A DNA stretch of 39,780 nt from Burkholderiales bacterium (GTDB lineage: Bacteria; Pseudomonadota; Gammaproteobacteria; Burkholderiales; Eutrophovitaceae), in assembly GCA_050050435.1 (NCBI GenBank), contig JASFUE010000001.1:1-39780 (forward strand), written 5' to 3'. The translations under genes were made by a program, and so were the position numbers. A model generated the notes under the pieces. The model was not told where the DNA came from, did not search any database, and worked only from the letters and a program-made list of their open reading frames with translations. Of this stretch, positions 10,475 through 21,702 are shown one piece after another. Positions within the stretch are counted from its first letter, which is position 1, and each line of letters begins with the position of its first letter.

Positions 10475-11062
10475 CTAGAGGCTGCCCTTGGTCGATGGCA
10501 GGGCCTGGCTCGCACGCGGATCGAGTTCCGACGCCGCACGCAATGCTCGGCCAAATGCCTTGAAAATGGTTTCGGCTTGATGATGCGCGTTTTCCCCGGT
10601 CAGGTTGGCCAGGTGCAAGGTGACCTGTGCATGATTGACAAACCCCTGAAAGAACTCCCGGATCAGATCGACGTCGAATTCTCCGATCAATCCCCGAACA
10701 TACTCGACGCGATATTCCAGTCCGGGCCGACCGGACAAATCCATGACGGCACGTGATAGCGCCTCGTCGAGAGGAACAAAAGCGTGCCCGTATCTGCGAA
10801 CACCTCTCTTGTCGCCAATAGCCTTGAAGAATGCCTGCCCCAGGGTGATCCCGACGTCTTCCACCGTATGGTGTGCGTCGATGTGCAAATCGCCTTTGGC
10901 TTCGACAACCAGGTCGACCAAACCGTGTCGTGCCACCTGGTCCAGCATGTGATCAAAAAATCCGATCCCGGTCGACAGTGAGGACTGTCCGGTTCCGTCG
11001 AGATCGAGCTCGACCCTGATTTGCGTCTCCAGGGTATTACGGGTGACTTGAGCCTTGCGCAT
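10475..11062 (-). CDS. hisB: Imidazoleglycerol-phosphate dehydratase
   Basis: The Met at 11062 gives 195 aa starting [17 protein letters not shown] with the metal motifs HHTVED / HH..E. The 263-aa ORF-track version adds an Arg/Pro-rich extension that is unlikely to be real. Confidence 0.93.
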   Translation of the reverse strand: MRKAQVTRNTLETQIRVELDLDGTGQSSLSTGIGFFDHMLDQVARHGLVDLVVEAKGDLHIDAHHTVEDVGITLGQAFFKAIGDKRGVRRYGHAFVPLDEALSRAVMDLSGRPGLEYRVEYVRGLIGEFDVDLIREFFQGFVNHAQVTLHLANLTGENAHHQAETIFKAFGRALRAASELDPRASQALPSTKGSL

Positions 11063-11183
11063 TGCCAATGGTTCTCTCAGCAGATTGCAATCGTAACCCA
11101 AATTAACGCTTCCGGCGCCCCGGACTTCAACAACTTGCCCGGCCATGCCGGATTCTCTCCGGCGGTCTTGATCAGGAAGCCGG

Positions 11184-12245
11184 TCATTCGAGCGCCTGGC
11201 GCGCGGCCGCGAGCAAGGCATCGCATTGCGGCTCGGTGCCGACGCTGATCCGCAACCACGGCGCAATGCGTGGCGGCTTGCGGAAGTGGCGGACCAGTAC
11301 GCCTTTCTCGCGAAGGCTGGCCGACAGCTCGGACGCTTCCCGGGCGGGATGGCGCGCCAATACGAAATTTGCGGCCGAAGGCAGCACTTCGAAACCCAGA
11401 TTTCCCAGCTCCGAGATCAGGCGGCTCCGGCTCTCCACGATCATCCGGCACCTGGATTCGGTGTATGCGACGTCCTCGATGGCGGCGATCGCCGCTTTTT
11501 GGGCAAGACGATCCAGCGGGTAGGAATTGAAGCTGTCCTTGACCCGGTCCAGACCAGCGATCAGCTCCTCATGGCCAATTGCGTAACCAATGCGCAGGCC
11601 TGCCAGCGCATGCGACTTCGACAAGGTGCGGGTCACCAGCAAATTCGGGTAATCATGCACCAGCGGCACCGCCGATTCACAGCCAAACGCAACGTACGCT
11701 TCATCGACGACAACGACCGAGTCCGTGTTCGCTTCCAGCAAACGCCGGATGTTCGAGACATCGAGCGCCAGCCCCGTTGGCGCATTGGGATTGGGAAATA
11801 TGATGCCGCCGTTCTCCTGCAAATAGTCGTCAATGTCGATTTCAAATCGCGATTTGAGCGGGATTTCCCGGTAGGGCGCGCTGAACAAATGGCAATACAC
11901 CGGGTAAAAGCTGTAAGTCACATCAGGAAACAATACCGGCGCCTGGTGCGTGAGCAAGGCACGGAACGTGTGCGCGAGCACTTCGTCCGAACCATTCCCG
12001 ACGAACACGTTTGCCTGGCTGACTCCGGATTGTTTCGCGATCGCGGCTCGCAACCCGGCGCTGACTGGATCGGGATAAAGCCGCAACGAGTCGTTGATAT
12101 TGCTGCGCAAGACCTCGAGCGCACGCGGGCTCGGGCCGTAGGGATTTTCGTTGGTGTTGAGTTTCACGACATCAGCGCGCTCGGTCTGCTCCCCCGGTAC
12201 ATACGGGGTCAGGCCATGAACCACATCGCTCCAGAAACGGCTCAT
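11184..12245 (-). CDS. hisC: Histidinol-phosphate aminotransferase
   Basis: 353 aa. It has [12 protein letters not shown], the PLP-lysine context [15 protein letters not shown], and the expected position between hisD and hisB. Confidence 0.93.
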   Translation of the reverse strand: MSRFWSDVVHGLTPYVPGEQTERADVVKLNTNENPYGPSPRALEVLRSNINDSLRLYPDPVSAGLRAAIAKQSGVSQANVFVGNGSDEVLAHTFRALLTHQAPVLFPDVTYSFYPVYCHLFSAPYREIPLKSRFEIDIDDYLQENGGIIFPNPNAPTGLALDVSNIRRLLEANTDSVVVVDEAYVAFGCESAVPLVHDYPNLLVTRTLSKSHALAGLRIGYAIGHEELIAGLDRVKDSFNSYPLDRLAQKAAIAAIEDVAYTESRCRMIVESRSRLISELGNLGFEVLPSAANFVLARHPAREASELSASLREKGVLVRHFRKPPRIAPWLRISVGTEPQCDALLAAARQALE

Positions 12246-13543
12246 CGTGAAATGCGCAAGCGCGCAGATTGCGCGTGGGCATCCAGCCCTTCGCCATCAG
12301 CGAGCTCGGCGGCGATTGCCCCCAGGCTGGCCGCGCCCTCGCGAGAGACCGAAATCAAACTGGTGCGCTTCTGAAAATCGTAGACGCCCAGGGGTGAAGA
12401 GAAGCGCGCCGTGCGCGCTGTCGGCAGCACATGGTTCGGCCCGGCGCAGTAATCGCCCAGCGCTTCCGATGCGTAGCGGCCAAGAAATATTGCACCCGCG
12501 TGCCGTATGCGATCGAGCAGGGCATCAGGGTCAGCCACGGACAATTCCAGATGCTCCGGAGCAATCCGGTTTGCTACCTCGCATGCCTCGTCAAGACCGG
12601 TGACGTGGATCAGTGCACCACGGTCGGCAAGAGACCTGGCAATCACCTCGCGGCGTGGCATTTGCGCAAGCTGGCGTTCGATGCTCGCCGCCACGCGGTC
12701 GAGGAAATCGGCGCCCGGGCTCAGCAGTATCGACTGCGCCATTTCATCGTGCTCGGCCTGAGAAAACATATCCATCGCTATCCAGTCCGGGTCGGTTTCA
12801 CCGTCACAAATGACCAGGATTTCCGATGGCCCCGCGACCATGTCGATGCCGACCACACCGAACACCCGCCGTTTGGCCGCTGCGACATATGCGTTTCCAG
12901 GGCCAACGATCTTGTCGACCTGCGGAATGCTCTCGGTGCCGTACGCAAGCGCGGCGATGGCCTGGGCTCCGCCGACCGTGATCACGCGTTCCACGCCGGC
13001 AATATGCGCTGCCGCCAATACCAGATCGTTGCGTTGTCCCGCGGGCGTGGGAACCACCATGATGACCTCGGCGACGCCGGCAACCTTGGCCGGGATCGTG
13101 TTCATCAGCACCGTAGACGGATACGCCGCCTTGCCGCCCGGCACATAGACGCCAACGCGATCCAGCGCCGTGATTTTCTGCCCCAGCCGGGTGCCGTCGG
13201 CTTCGACGAAATCCCACGACTCGGCTCGTTGTTTTTCGTGGTAGGCGCGGATGCGCGAAGCAGCCACTTCAAGCGCGTTGCGTTGTGCTTCCGGTAATCC
13301 GGCAAATGCCACCTGCAACGCCTGAGCCGGCAGGATCAAATCGCTGACACTGCCTGCTTCGAGCCTGTCGAAACGGCGGGTGTACTCGAGAAGCGCCTTG
13401 TCGCCGTCCTTGCGCACAGCGCGCAAAATCTCCGTTACTGCAGATTCGATGCCTTCGTCCTGGGATTCCTCGTAGGCCAGCAACGCGTCCAGGCGCTGCG
13501 CAAAATCGGGCTCGGCGCTCGACAATCTGTTGATCACACTCAT
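12242..13543 (-). CDS. hisD: Histidinol dehydrogenase
   Basis: 433 aa. It has [22 protein letters not shown] and the C-terminal LDAHA.SA..R. It overlaps both hisC and hisG by 4 bp. Confidence 0.96.
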   Translation of the reverse strand: MSVINRLSSAEPDFAQRLDALLAYEESQDEGIESAVTEILRAVRKDGDKALLEYTRRFDRLEAGSVSDLILPAQALQVAFAGLPEAQRNALEVAASRIRAYHEKQRAESWDFVEADGTRLGQKITALDRVGVYVPGGKAAYPSTVLMNTIPAKVAGVAEVIMVVPTPAGQRNDLVLAAAHIAGVERVITVGGAQAIAALAYGTESIPQVDKIVGPGNAYVAAAKRRVFGVVGIDMVAGPSEILVICDGETDPDWIAMDMFSQAEHDEMAQSILLSPGADFLDRVAASIERQLAQMPRREVIARSLADRGALIHVTGLDEACEVANRIAPEHLELSVADPDALLDRIRHAGAIFLGRYASEALGDYCAGPNHVLPTARTARFSSPLGVYDFQKRTSLISVSREGAASLGAIAAELADGEGLDAHAQSARLRISR

Positions 13544-14205
13544 CGCTTCGCTCCGGCCACGGCTTCGGAAAACGCTTCGAGCATCGGCTGCACCGCATGC
13601 CGTTTGAGTTTGAGCGCTGCCTGATTCACGATCAGGCGCGAACTGATCGGCATGATTTCCTCGACCGCGCGCAGATTGTTGGCCTTGAGCGTATTGCCAC
13701 TGGAGACCAGGTCCACAATCGCTTCGGCCAGCCCCGCCAGGGGGGCCAGTTCCATCGAACCGTAGAGCTTGATCAGGTCGACGTGCACGCCTTTGGCGCC
13801 GAAGTGCCCGCGCGCAATTTTCACGTACTTGGTTGCGACCCTGAGCCGCGCGCCCTGGCGCACGGCTGATTCGTAGTCGAAATCTCCCGCAACGGCCACC
13901 ATCATGCGACAGCGCGCAATATGCAGATCCAGCGGCTGATACAACCCGTCCCCACCATGCTCGAGCAGCACGTCCTTGCCCGCAATACCCATGTCAGCGG
14001 CGCCGTATTGCACATAGGTCGGCACATCTGAAGCACGCACGATGATGATTTTCACATCGGGGCGATTGGTGGTAATGACGAGCTTGCGGGATTTTTCCGG
14101 ATCGTCTGCCGGTTCGATCCCCACAGAATTGAGAAGCGGCAACGTCTCGTCAAATATGCGCCCTTTTGACAGTGCCAGCGTGATAATGCCTGTATCTCCT
14201 ACCAA
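13540..14205 (-). CDS. hisG: ATP phosphoribosyltransferase, short form (HisG-S)
   Basis: 221 aa. It has LALSKGRI and DLVSSGNTL. The length is too short to include the C-terminal regulatory domain of long HisG. Confidence 0.93.
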   Translation of the reverse strand: MVGDTGIITLALSKGRIFDETLPLLNSVGIEPADDPEKSRKLVITTNRPDVKIIIVRASDVPTYVQYGAADMGIAGKDVLLEHGGDGLYQPLDLHIARCRMMVAVAGDFDYESAVRQGARLRVATKYVKIARGHFGAKGVHVDLIKLYGSMELAPLAGLAEAIVDLVSSGNTLKANNLRAVEEIMPISSRLIVNQAALKLKRHAVQPMLEAFSEAVAGAKR

Positions 14206-14332
14206 AGCAGCGTTCCTGTTCCTCTATTCATTTACAAACATGATACCGGGCGGATATGCCCGCCAAACCGTTGCCGCCAGGGTAAACGCGCCCGGTTCAG
14301 ATTGCCTCGCGCTAATCCTGAAAATGACCGGG

Positions 14333-14380
14333 CTCAGTTTGCCCGTTTGATGCGCGCACCCCACCCATAGCGCTTTTGGC
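14333..14380 (-). other. Relic copy of the murA 3' end in the murA-hisG spacer
   Basis: The minus-strand reading ggt gcg cgc atc aaa cgg gca aac tga gives GARIKRAN-stop, identical in peptide to the true murA terminus 111 bp upstream. It differs from that terminus only at four synonymous third positions. Confidence 0.6.
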
Positions 14381-14444
14381 TCCGGCCGCGGGCCAAATGA
14401 CCCGCTTGACCTGCCGCGCACGTCAGCCTTCACCGAAAGCTCAC

Positions 14445-15713
<1,269 letters not shown>

Positions 15714-15950
15714 CTAGTGTTCGGCCCACTGTTCTGGTGTGAGGGTACGCATCGAAAGCGCGTGTATTTCCTCTCGCATACGGTCGCCCAGCGCACGATA
15801 GACTATCTGGTGCTGCTGCACGCGATTCTTGTTGCGGAATTCAGGGCTGACGATCACGGCCTCGAAATGGTGGCCGTCACCCACCACCTCAACGTGATCG
15901 CAGGGGAGACTTTCCTTGATATACGACTTTACGGTCTCTGGGGTAAGCAT
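15714..15950 (-). CDS. BolA-family protein (IbaG/YrbA-like)
   Basis: 78 aa. It has GDGHHFEAVIVS.EF......V.QHQ.VY.AL and the conserved position next to murA and the mla genes. Confidence 0.88.
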   Translation of the reverse strand: MLTPETVKSYIKESLPCDHVEVVGDGHHFEAVIVSPEFRNKNRVQQHQIVYRALGDRMREEIHALSMRTLTPEQWAEH

Positions 15951-15971
15951 CTTTTTGGTTGCAGACTGGCG

Positions 15972-16727
15972 TCATGCACGCAGTTTGTAGCCGCTTCTGA
16001 TCAGCAGCAGAGTCGAGAATGATAAGGCCAAAAGGGCACCCCCCACAATCATCACGCTCGAAAACGGAGAAATATCGGACACGCCGAAGAAGCCAAAGCG
16101 AAAACCGTCGATCAGGTAGAAGAACGGGTTGAGTTTCGACACCTGCTGCCAGACTGGAGGCAAGGAGTGAATCGAATAGAACACGCCGGACAGGAAACTC
16201 AGCGGAATGATGATGAAGTTCTGAAATGCCGCTATCTGGTCAAACTTTTCAGCCCAGATGCCGGCAAGCATCCCCAGCGTCCCCAGCATCGCCGCGCCCA
16301 GCAACGCGAACGCGAACACCCACAGAGGCTGCGTCAGCGGAATCGATACAAACAAGGACGTCGCAGCCAGCACACCGGCACCCACCAGCAAACCACGTAC
16401 GCACGAGGCCAGGACGTACGCCAGGTAAATTTCGACATGCGATAATGGGGGCAGCAGTACGAACACGATATTGCCGGTAATCTTGGACTGGGCAATGCTG
16501 GACGAAGAGTTTGCAAACGAATTTTGCAGCAGCGACATCATTGCCAGACCGGGAATCAGGAAGCTGGTGTATTTCACGTCCGGGTAGACCTGCACGCGCC
16601 CTTCGAGCACGTGCGAGAAAATCAGCAGATACAGCATTGCCGTGATGATCGGCGCCGCCACGGTTTGAAAACCAACCTTCCAGAAACGCAGATTCTCCTT
16701 GTAGAACAGGGTCAAAAAGCCCGACAA
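15972..16727 (-). CDS. ABC-2-type transporter permease
   Basis: It has six TM segments and the ABC-2 N-terminal text LFYKENLRFWKV..QT. The preferred start is the TTG at 16727, which has a GGGGAG Shine-Dalgarno 6 nt upstream and sits just after the ATPase stop. The ORF track starts at a TTG at 16766, which overlaps the ATPase gene by 38 nt. Confidence 0.85.
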   Translation of the reverse strand: MSGFLTLFYKENLRFWKVGFQTVAAPIITAMLYLLIFSHVLEGRVQVYPDVKYTSFLIPGLAMMSLLQNSFANSSSSIAQSKITGNIVFVLLPPLSHVEIYLAYVLASCVRGLLVGAGVLAATSLFVSIPLTQPLWVFAFALLGAAMLGTLGMLAGIWAEKFDQIAAFQNFIIIPLSFLSGVFYSIHSLPPVWQQVSKLNPFFYLIDGFRFGFFGVSDISPFSSVMIVGGALLALSFSTLLLIRSGYKLRA

Positions 16728-16728
16728 A

Positions 16729-17631
16729 TTAATCTCCCCGCATGATCGACACAAACACTTCTTCAAGATCGGGCTGCGTCAGTTCCATTCCGGTGATTTC
16801 CTGATTGCATTTGCGAAGCTCGGACAACACCTCCTCTACCTGAGCACAATCCCTGAGCGTTAGTACCCACTCCCCGTTTCCCGGCCGTGCAGCCAGCAAG
16901 GGACGAAGCGAACCCGGAATTGAGTTGCCGCTCAATCGCAGCCGCATATTCAACCCGGACAGACGTTTGAGCAGCTTTTCGGTCGACTCCAGCACAACCA
17001 GTCGCCCCTGTTTGAGCATGCCGATGCGCGAGCAAAGCGATTCGGCCTCCTCGAGATAATGGGTTGTGAGGACGATGGTGTGCCCGTCTTCGTTGAGCTT
17101 GCGAATGAACTCCCACAAACCCTGGCGCAGATCGACGTCGACGCCGGCTGTGGGCTCATCGAGAATGATGACCGGCGGTTTGTGCACCAGCGCCTGCGCC
17201 ACCAGCACCCGCCTTTTCATGCCGCCGGAAAGTGAACGCATGTTGGCATCGGCCTTGAAAGTCAGATCAAGGCGCTCGAGTATTTCGTCGATCCATTCGT
17301 CGTTGTGCCGCAATCCGTAGTAACCCGATTGCAGACGCAGGGTCTCACGCACAGTAAAGAACGGGTCGAACACCAGTTCTTGCGGCACCACGCCGAGCGA
17401 ACGGCGCGCCTGGCGGTAATCCGCGGTTACGTCGTGCCCAGATACCCGGATCGATCCCTGGTCGATTCTCGCCAATCCGGCGATGAGGCTGATCAGCGTG
17501 GTCTTTCCGGCGCCATTTGGTCCGAGAAGACCGAAGAACTCTCCCTGGGCTACTTCGAGATCGATCCCGGACAGCGCGCGCACGGCGCCATAGGCCTTGC
17601 TCACTCCCTGGACTTCAATGGCCGGCAACAT
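16729..17631 (-). CDS. ABC transporter ATP-binding protein, partner of the ABC-2 permease
   Basis: 300 aa. It has Walker A GPNGAGKTT, signature LSGGMKRR and Walker B IILDEPTAGVD. Confidence 0.92.
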   Translation of the reverse strand: MLPAIEVQGVSKAYGAVRALSGIDLEVAQGEFFGLLGPNGAGKTTLISLIAGLARIDQGSIRVSGHDVTADYRQARRSLGVVPQELVFDPFFTVRETLRLQSGYYGLRHNDEWIDEILERLDLTFKADANMRSLSGGMKRRVLVAQALVHKPPVIILDEPTAGVDVDLRQGLWEFIRKLNEDGHTIVLTTHYLEEAESLCSRIGMLKQGRLVVLESTEKLLKRLSGLNMRLRLSGNSIPGSLRPLLAARPGNGEWVLTLRDCAQVEEVLSELRKCNQEITGMELTQPDLEEVFVSIMRGD

Positions 17632-17702
17632 AGGACGACATGTTTATTTTGATATTGATGGGCACAAGGCGCGCGCACCCGGCCCGATGCCGCCGACAAA
17701 CT

Positions 17703-17990
17703 CTAGTCGGCATCCAGAACGATCAAATCCTCTACGCCGTAGAGATCGGTCAGGCTTTTGATCGATTCGCCAAGATTGGCAAACCGTACCTCCGCGCCCT
17801 TGTCTCGCGCACGGCGCGACCATTCGAGCATAAGGCTGACCGAAGCGGAATCGATCTGGCTGGCTTCGGAAAAATCGATGACCGCCCGCGGCCCGCCAAT
17901 ATACCGATCACCTGCCTCGAGCAATTCCATCACGGTTTCCAGGGTGACCGGACCACTGACGTACAGCCGGCCTTCTGATTCACGGATCAC
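17703..17990 (-). CDS. mlaB: STAS-domain protein, MlaB-like
   Basis: 95 aa small anti-sigma-antagonist-like fold (IDFSEASQIDSASVSLMLEW). It lies at the distal end of the mlaFEDC block and overlaps mlaC by 4 bp. Confidence 0.8.
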   Translation of the reverse strand: MIRESEGRLYVSGPVTLETVMELLEAGDRYIGGPRAVIDFSEASQIDSASVSLMLEWSRRARDKGAEVRFANLGESIKSLTDLYGVEDLIVLDAD

Positions 17991-18628
17991 TTCTTGTCGG
18001 CCGCGGCAGACAATGCCTGCGCGTTTTTCTGCTTCAGGCTATTGATCAAGCCCTCGATACCGCCGCGCTGGATCTCCTGCGAGAAAACATTGCGGTAATT
18101 GATAATCATGCTGGCTCCGTCGATGCGCACATCAAAGACCTTCCATTCGCCTTTGACCAACTGCATGTCATAGTCCACGCTGACCGGCTGCGCACCGCCG
18201 GGTAGCCGTATCAGGGTATTCACGGTTGCGTCGGTGGCATCATCGCTGATGCGCAAAGGCTTGTATTCCACAACGATCGCCCGGAACATGGTAAAGGCCG
18301 ACGCGTAGGAGCGAATCAACAAGTTGCGAAACTCGGTGACAAGCTCCTGGCGTTGCGCCGGCGTGGCCTCACGCCAGGGTCGCCCGACGGCCAGCCTGGT
18401 CATGCGCGGAAAGTCAAAATGTGGAGCAATTTTCTGCTCCATGACCTCGGTGATCCTGTCCAGATCCCCTGACTGAACCTGCTCGTCAGTGCGGATGATC
18501 GTTAACACCTCATTGATGGTCTGCTTGACCAGTACGTCAGGTGGCGCCGGCGCGGCCAGCACCGGGGACATGGACATGAGCAACCCAACAATGACGAGCG
18601 CCAGACGCCTGGTTGCATACCTGTTCAT
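17987..18628 (-). CDS. mlaC: Phospholipid-binding periplasmic protein MlaC (Ttg2D family)
   Basis: 213 aa with a signal peptide (LVIVGLLMSMSPVLAAP). It has the FDF..M.R..VG..WR....QR motif and the expected position after mlaD. Confidence 0.88.
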   Translation of the reverse strand: MNRYATRRLALVIVGLLMSMSPVLAAPAPPDVLVKQTINEVLTIIRTDEQVQSGDLDRITEVMEQKIAPHFDFPRMTRLAVGRPWREATPAQRQELVTEFRNLLIRSYASAFTMFRAIVVEYKPLRISDDATDATVNTLIRLPGGAQPVSVDYDMQLVKGEWKVFDVRIDGASMIINYRNVFSQEIQRGGIEGLINSLKQKNAQALSAAADKK

Positions 18629-18671
18629 AAATGATTCTCCTAATCAGATCCGTAGCGTTGTGTCATCCCGA

Positions 18672-19142
18672 TCAGTTGCCCGTTCCGCCTTCCGCGGCCT
18701 TGCCATACAGAAACTGCCCGATCACCTTCTCGAGCACGATGGCTGATTGCGTGAGCCTGATCTTGTCACCATTCTTGAGCAGTTCGATATCACCACCACC
18801 GTCAAGGCCAATGAACTGGTCCCCCAGCAACCCGGAAGTCAGAATCGATGCAGAACTGTCTTTCGGGAATTCGTAGCGATTGGCAATGCGCAACGTCACT
18901 TTCGCACGCAGCGACTGGTTATCAAACGAAATAGCCTCGACCCGCCCAACGACCACGCCGGCGCTCTTGACCGGCGCACGCACCTTGAGCCCGCCTATGT
19001 TGCTGAACTCCGCTGTGACCGTATATCCATCAGACACGCTGACCGAACTCGCGTTCCCGACCTTGAGCGCGAGCACCATCAAGCCAATCAGGCCGGCCGT
19101 GACGAATATTCCCACCCACAAATCAACTGTCGTACGATCCAT
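18672..19142 (-). CDS. mlaD: Outer-membrane lipid asymmetry protein MlaD (MCE domain)
   Basis: The Met at 19142 gives 156 aa: MDRTTVDLWVGIFVTAGLIGLMVLAL followed by an MCE domain (GL.V.APV...GV.VG.V..I). The ORF-track start at 19202 would overlap mlaE. Confidence 0.9.
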   Translation of the reverse strand: MDRTTVDLWVGIFVTAGLIGLMVLALKVGNASSVSVSDGYTVTAEFSNIGGLKVRAPVKSAGVVVGRVEAISFDNQSLRAKVTLRIANRYEFPKDSSASILTSGLLGDQFIGLDGGGDIELLKNGDKIRLTQSAIVLEKVIGQFLYGKAAEGGTGN

Positions 19143-19146
19143 TTTT

Positions 19147-19941
19147 TCAAACTCCCGTGAACATGAAGGCGGTGAGCACAAAATCGAGCGCCAGAACCGC
19201 AAGCGCCGAAGTCACGACCGTACGCGTAACCGCGTGCGATACGCCTTCCGCCGTCGGTGGCGCATCATAGCCTTCAAACACCGCAATGGCAGTGACCGCT
19301 CCACCGAACACGATACTTTTGATCACACCATTGAAGATGTCGTCCCACAGATCGACGTTCGCCTGCATTTGTGACCAAAACGCACCAGCATCAACCCCGA
19401 TAACAACCACCGTAATCAGATAGCCGCCAAAAATGCCCATCGCGCTGAAGATCGCTGCCAGCAATGGCATCGAAATAAAGCCTCCCCAGAACATGGGTGC
19501 CACCACCCGCGCATAAGGGTCCACCGCCATCATTTCCATCGCCGACAGCTGTTCGGTCGATTTCATGATGCCGATTTCCGCCGTAATCGCCGAGCCGGCC
19601 CGGCTCGCAAACAGCAATGCGGACACGACCGGCCCGAGTTCGCGCACCAGAGACAGCGCAACAAGCGTTCCGACGGCCTCCGCCGATCCGTATCGCTTGA
19701 GGGTTTCATAGCCCTGCAGTCCCAGAACCAGGCCCACGAACAACCCGGAGACGACGATGATGATCAGCGACAATGCCCCGGCAAAATACACCTCATCGAT
19801 CAGCAGGCGCGGTCGCCGGAATGTCGTGGCAGAGCGCAGCAAAACAATGCCCATGAAACGAGTTGCCGCACCAAGACGCCATATACCGTCGACTGTCAAC
19901 CGACCAACCACTCGCAAGCCTCGTACCGGAGCCAGACTCAT
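19147..19941 (-). CDS. mlaE: Mla ABC transporter permease MlaE
   Basis: 264 aa polytopic protein. [28 protein letters not shown] is a typical MlaE motif. Confidence 0.93.
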   Translation of the reverse strand: MSLAPVRGLRVVGRLTVDGIWRLGAATRFMGIVLLRSATTFRRPRLLIDEVYFAGALSLIIIVVSGLFVGLVLGLQGYETLKRYGSAEAVGTLVALSLVRELGPVVSALLFASRAGSAITAEIGIMKSTEQLSAMEMMAVDPYARVVAPMFWGGFISMPLLAAIFSAMGIFGGYLITVVVIGVDAGAFWSQMQANVDLWDDIFNGVIKSIVFGGAVTAIAVFEGYDAPPTAEGVSHAVTRTVVTSALAVLALDFVLTAFMFTGV

Positions 19942-20799
19942 TCAGCCTCCCAGCCCCAGATCCGAGTCATATTCACCGGCTGGGTAATGAAACCGCACCG
20001 GACCGTCGATTTGCCCGTCGACGAACTGCCGGACATAGGGCTCGCTGGACGCTCGCATCTGTTCCGGCGTGCCTTGCGCAACGATCTCTCCATGGGACAA
20101 AAAGCAGACATAATCGACAATCTTGAATGACTCTGCCACGTCATGGGTCACAACGATCGAGGTGGCCCCCAGCGCCGAATTCAGGCGGCGTATCAGGTTG
20201 GCGATGACCGCCATTGAAATCGGGTCGAGTCCGGTAAAAGGTTCGTCATACATGATCAAGTCCGGGTCAAGGGCAATGGCGCGAGCCAGCGCCACGCGAC
20301 GCGCCATACCGCCAGACAGCTCCGCCGGCTTGAGCGCCTGCGCGCCTCTCAATCCGACAGCATGCAGTTTCATCAGGACCAGGTCGCGCACCATTGGTTC
20401 GGGCAGGTTCAGATGCTCGCGAATCGGGAAAGCAACGTTCTCGAAAACCGACAAATCGGTAAAAAGCGCCCCGAACTGGAACAGCATACCCATACGACGC
20501 CGGGCGGCATACAAACGCCCGTGCGACATCGACCTCACGTCCTCCCCGTCAAAGCGCACAGTGCCGCTGTTCGCCCGGATCTGCCCGCCGATCAGTCGCA
20601 ACAAGGTCGTCTTGCCGGAGCCACTGCCTCCCATAATCGCGACGACCTTACCCCGCGGGAAGCTGATATTCAGATTCCGGAGTACGGTGTTCGAGCCGTA
20701 GGAAAAATCGACTCGTTCAAACTGGACTAGCGGTTCGGACTGCACTTTACCTTTGAGTTTGTGTTCTTGCGCTGGCATTCTAGCGGACATGAACGCCAA
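19942..20799 (-). CDS. mlaF: Mla ABC transporter ATP-binding protein MlaF
   Basis: It has Walker A GGSGSGKTT, signature LSGGMARRVALARA and Walker B IMYDEPFTGLDP. The exact start is uncertain, with Met codons at 20799, 20790 and 20778. Confidence 0.93.
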   Translation of the reverse strand: MAFMSARMPAQEHKLKGKVQSEPLVQFERVDFSYGSNTVLRNLNISFPRGKVVAIMGGSGSGKTTLLRLIGGQIRANSGTVRFDGEDVRSMSHGRLYAARRRMGMLFQFGALFTDLSVFENVAFPIREHLNLPEPMVRDLVLMKLHAVGLRGAQALKPAELSGGMARRVALARAIALDPDLIMYDEPFTGLDPISMAVIANLIRRLNSALGATSIVVTHDVAESFKIVDYVCFLSHGEIVAQGTPEQMRASSEPYVRQFVDGQIDGPVRFHYPAGEYDSDLGLGG

Positions 20800-20894
20800 A
20801 CGCAGTGAAACACTCTGAACTTCGCCTGGAAAATATTGGCTGTGCCACTCGCGACGTTAGCCAGAATAACGCCCCCCGCTCGTTCGCCCGTCAT

Positions 20895-21623
20895 ATGGAT
20901 GCCGTGACACCCGCGCTGGCGTTCGCATCCCTGACCAAATCCTATGGAAAGACCGAGGCGGTCCGCTCCCTGTCGCTTGAGGTGGGCGCCGGAACAACGT
21001 TTGGACTGGTCGGCGCCAACGGTGCGGGCAAAACAACGCTGCTCAAGTGCTTGCTGGATTTTTGCCGCACCGACGCCGGTATCATCAACGTTTTTGGCAT
21101 TCCCAGCACGCGTACAGACGCCCGAAGCCGGCTTGCATTCTTGCCCGAGCAATTTTTGCCCCCCTATTACCTTACAGGTAAAGACTTTCTGAAGTTCATG
21201 TCACAAATGTATGCACACGAGTACGATGAGCGCAAATGCGGCAGCATGCTCGCGGCATTGGATCTGGCGCCGGAGGTTCTTGCCCGCCCGGTAAGATTTC
21301 TCTCCAAGGGGATGACCCAGAAACTCGGGCTCGCCGGCTGCTTGCTCAGTGAACGCGAACTGCTGGTTCTGGATGAGCCGGCAAGCGGCCTGGATCCGAA
21401 GGCACGAGCACTGTTCAAGGCCGCACTACAGGCCGCCCGTTCGGCCGGGCAGACCGTATTCATGACCTCGCACGCTCTGGCAGACGTGGACGAAACCTGC
21501 GATCGGATCGGCGTCATGCATCAGGGCGAATTGCGCTATACGGGTGACCCGGCCAGCTTCAAACAGCAGTACGGTGCGGGCACACTGGAGCAGGCTTTCC
21601 TGCAATGCATTGGAGAAAAGTAA
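20895..21623 (+). CDS. ABC-2-subfamily ABC transporter ATP-binding protein with no adjacent permease gene
   Basis: The ATG at 20895 gives 242 aa with Walker A GANGAGKTT, a degenerate signature LSKGMTQKLG and Walker B LVLDEPASGLDP. It is divergent from mlaF. Confidence 0.88.
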   Translation: MDAVTPALAFASLTKSYGKTEAVRSLSLEVGAGTTFGLVGANGAGKTTLLKCLLDFCRTDAGIINVFGIPSTRTDARSRLAFLPEQFLPPYYLTGKDFLKFMSQMYAHEYDERKCGSMLAALDLAPEVLARPVRFLSKGMTQKLGLAGCLLSERELLVLDEPASGLDPKARALFKAALQAARSAGQTVFMTSHALADVDETCDRIGVMHQGELRYTGDPASFKQQYGAGTLEQAFLQCIGEK

Positions 21624-21651
21624 CGCAACTTCCTGAACCACAAAGCTTTTA

Positions 21652-21666
21652 TGGCATAATTGTTGC
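21652..21666 (+). promoter_or_regulatory. Candidate sigma-54 (-24/-12) promoter
   Basis: TGGCATAATTGTTGC matches TGGCAC-N5-TTGC with the exact GG-to-GC spacing. It lies 37 nt upstream of the GTG start of the sigma-54-dependent regulator gene. Confidence 0.55.
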
Positions 21667-21702
21667 GTCCCGTAAGATTGCGCAAAAACCATTCGTGAGA
21701 CC

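Noticed and set aside
10475-11266. The 263-aa version of hisB, and the analogous long versions of hisE (to 7830), mlaD (to 19202), the DegS-like protease (from 3961), the ABC ATPase (from 20805) and the secretin (from 24692).
   Set aside because: The extensions overlap upstream genes or add non-homologous Arg/Pro-rich or unstructured residues. The internal starts restore family-typical N-termini and, where visible, Shine-Dalgarno sequences.
21603-21612. A 10-bp perfect palindrome, CAATGCATTG, about 40 nt upstream of the sigma-54 -24 element. It was considered as a possible enhancer-binding site.
   Set aside because: It is a single short palindrome inside coding sequence and closer to the promoter than typical NtrC-class activator sites. 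It cannot be distinguished from chance without orthologue comparison.
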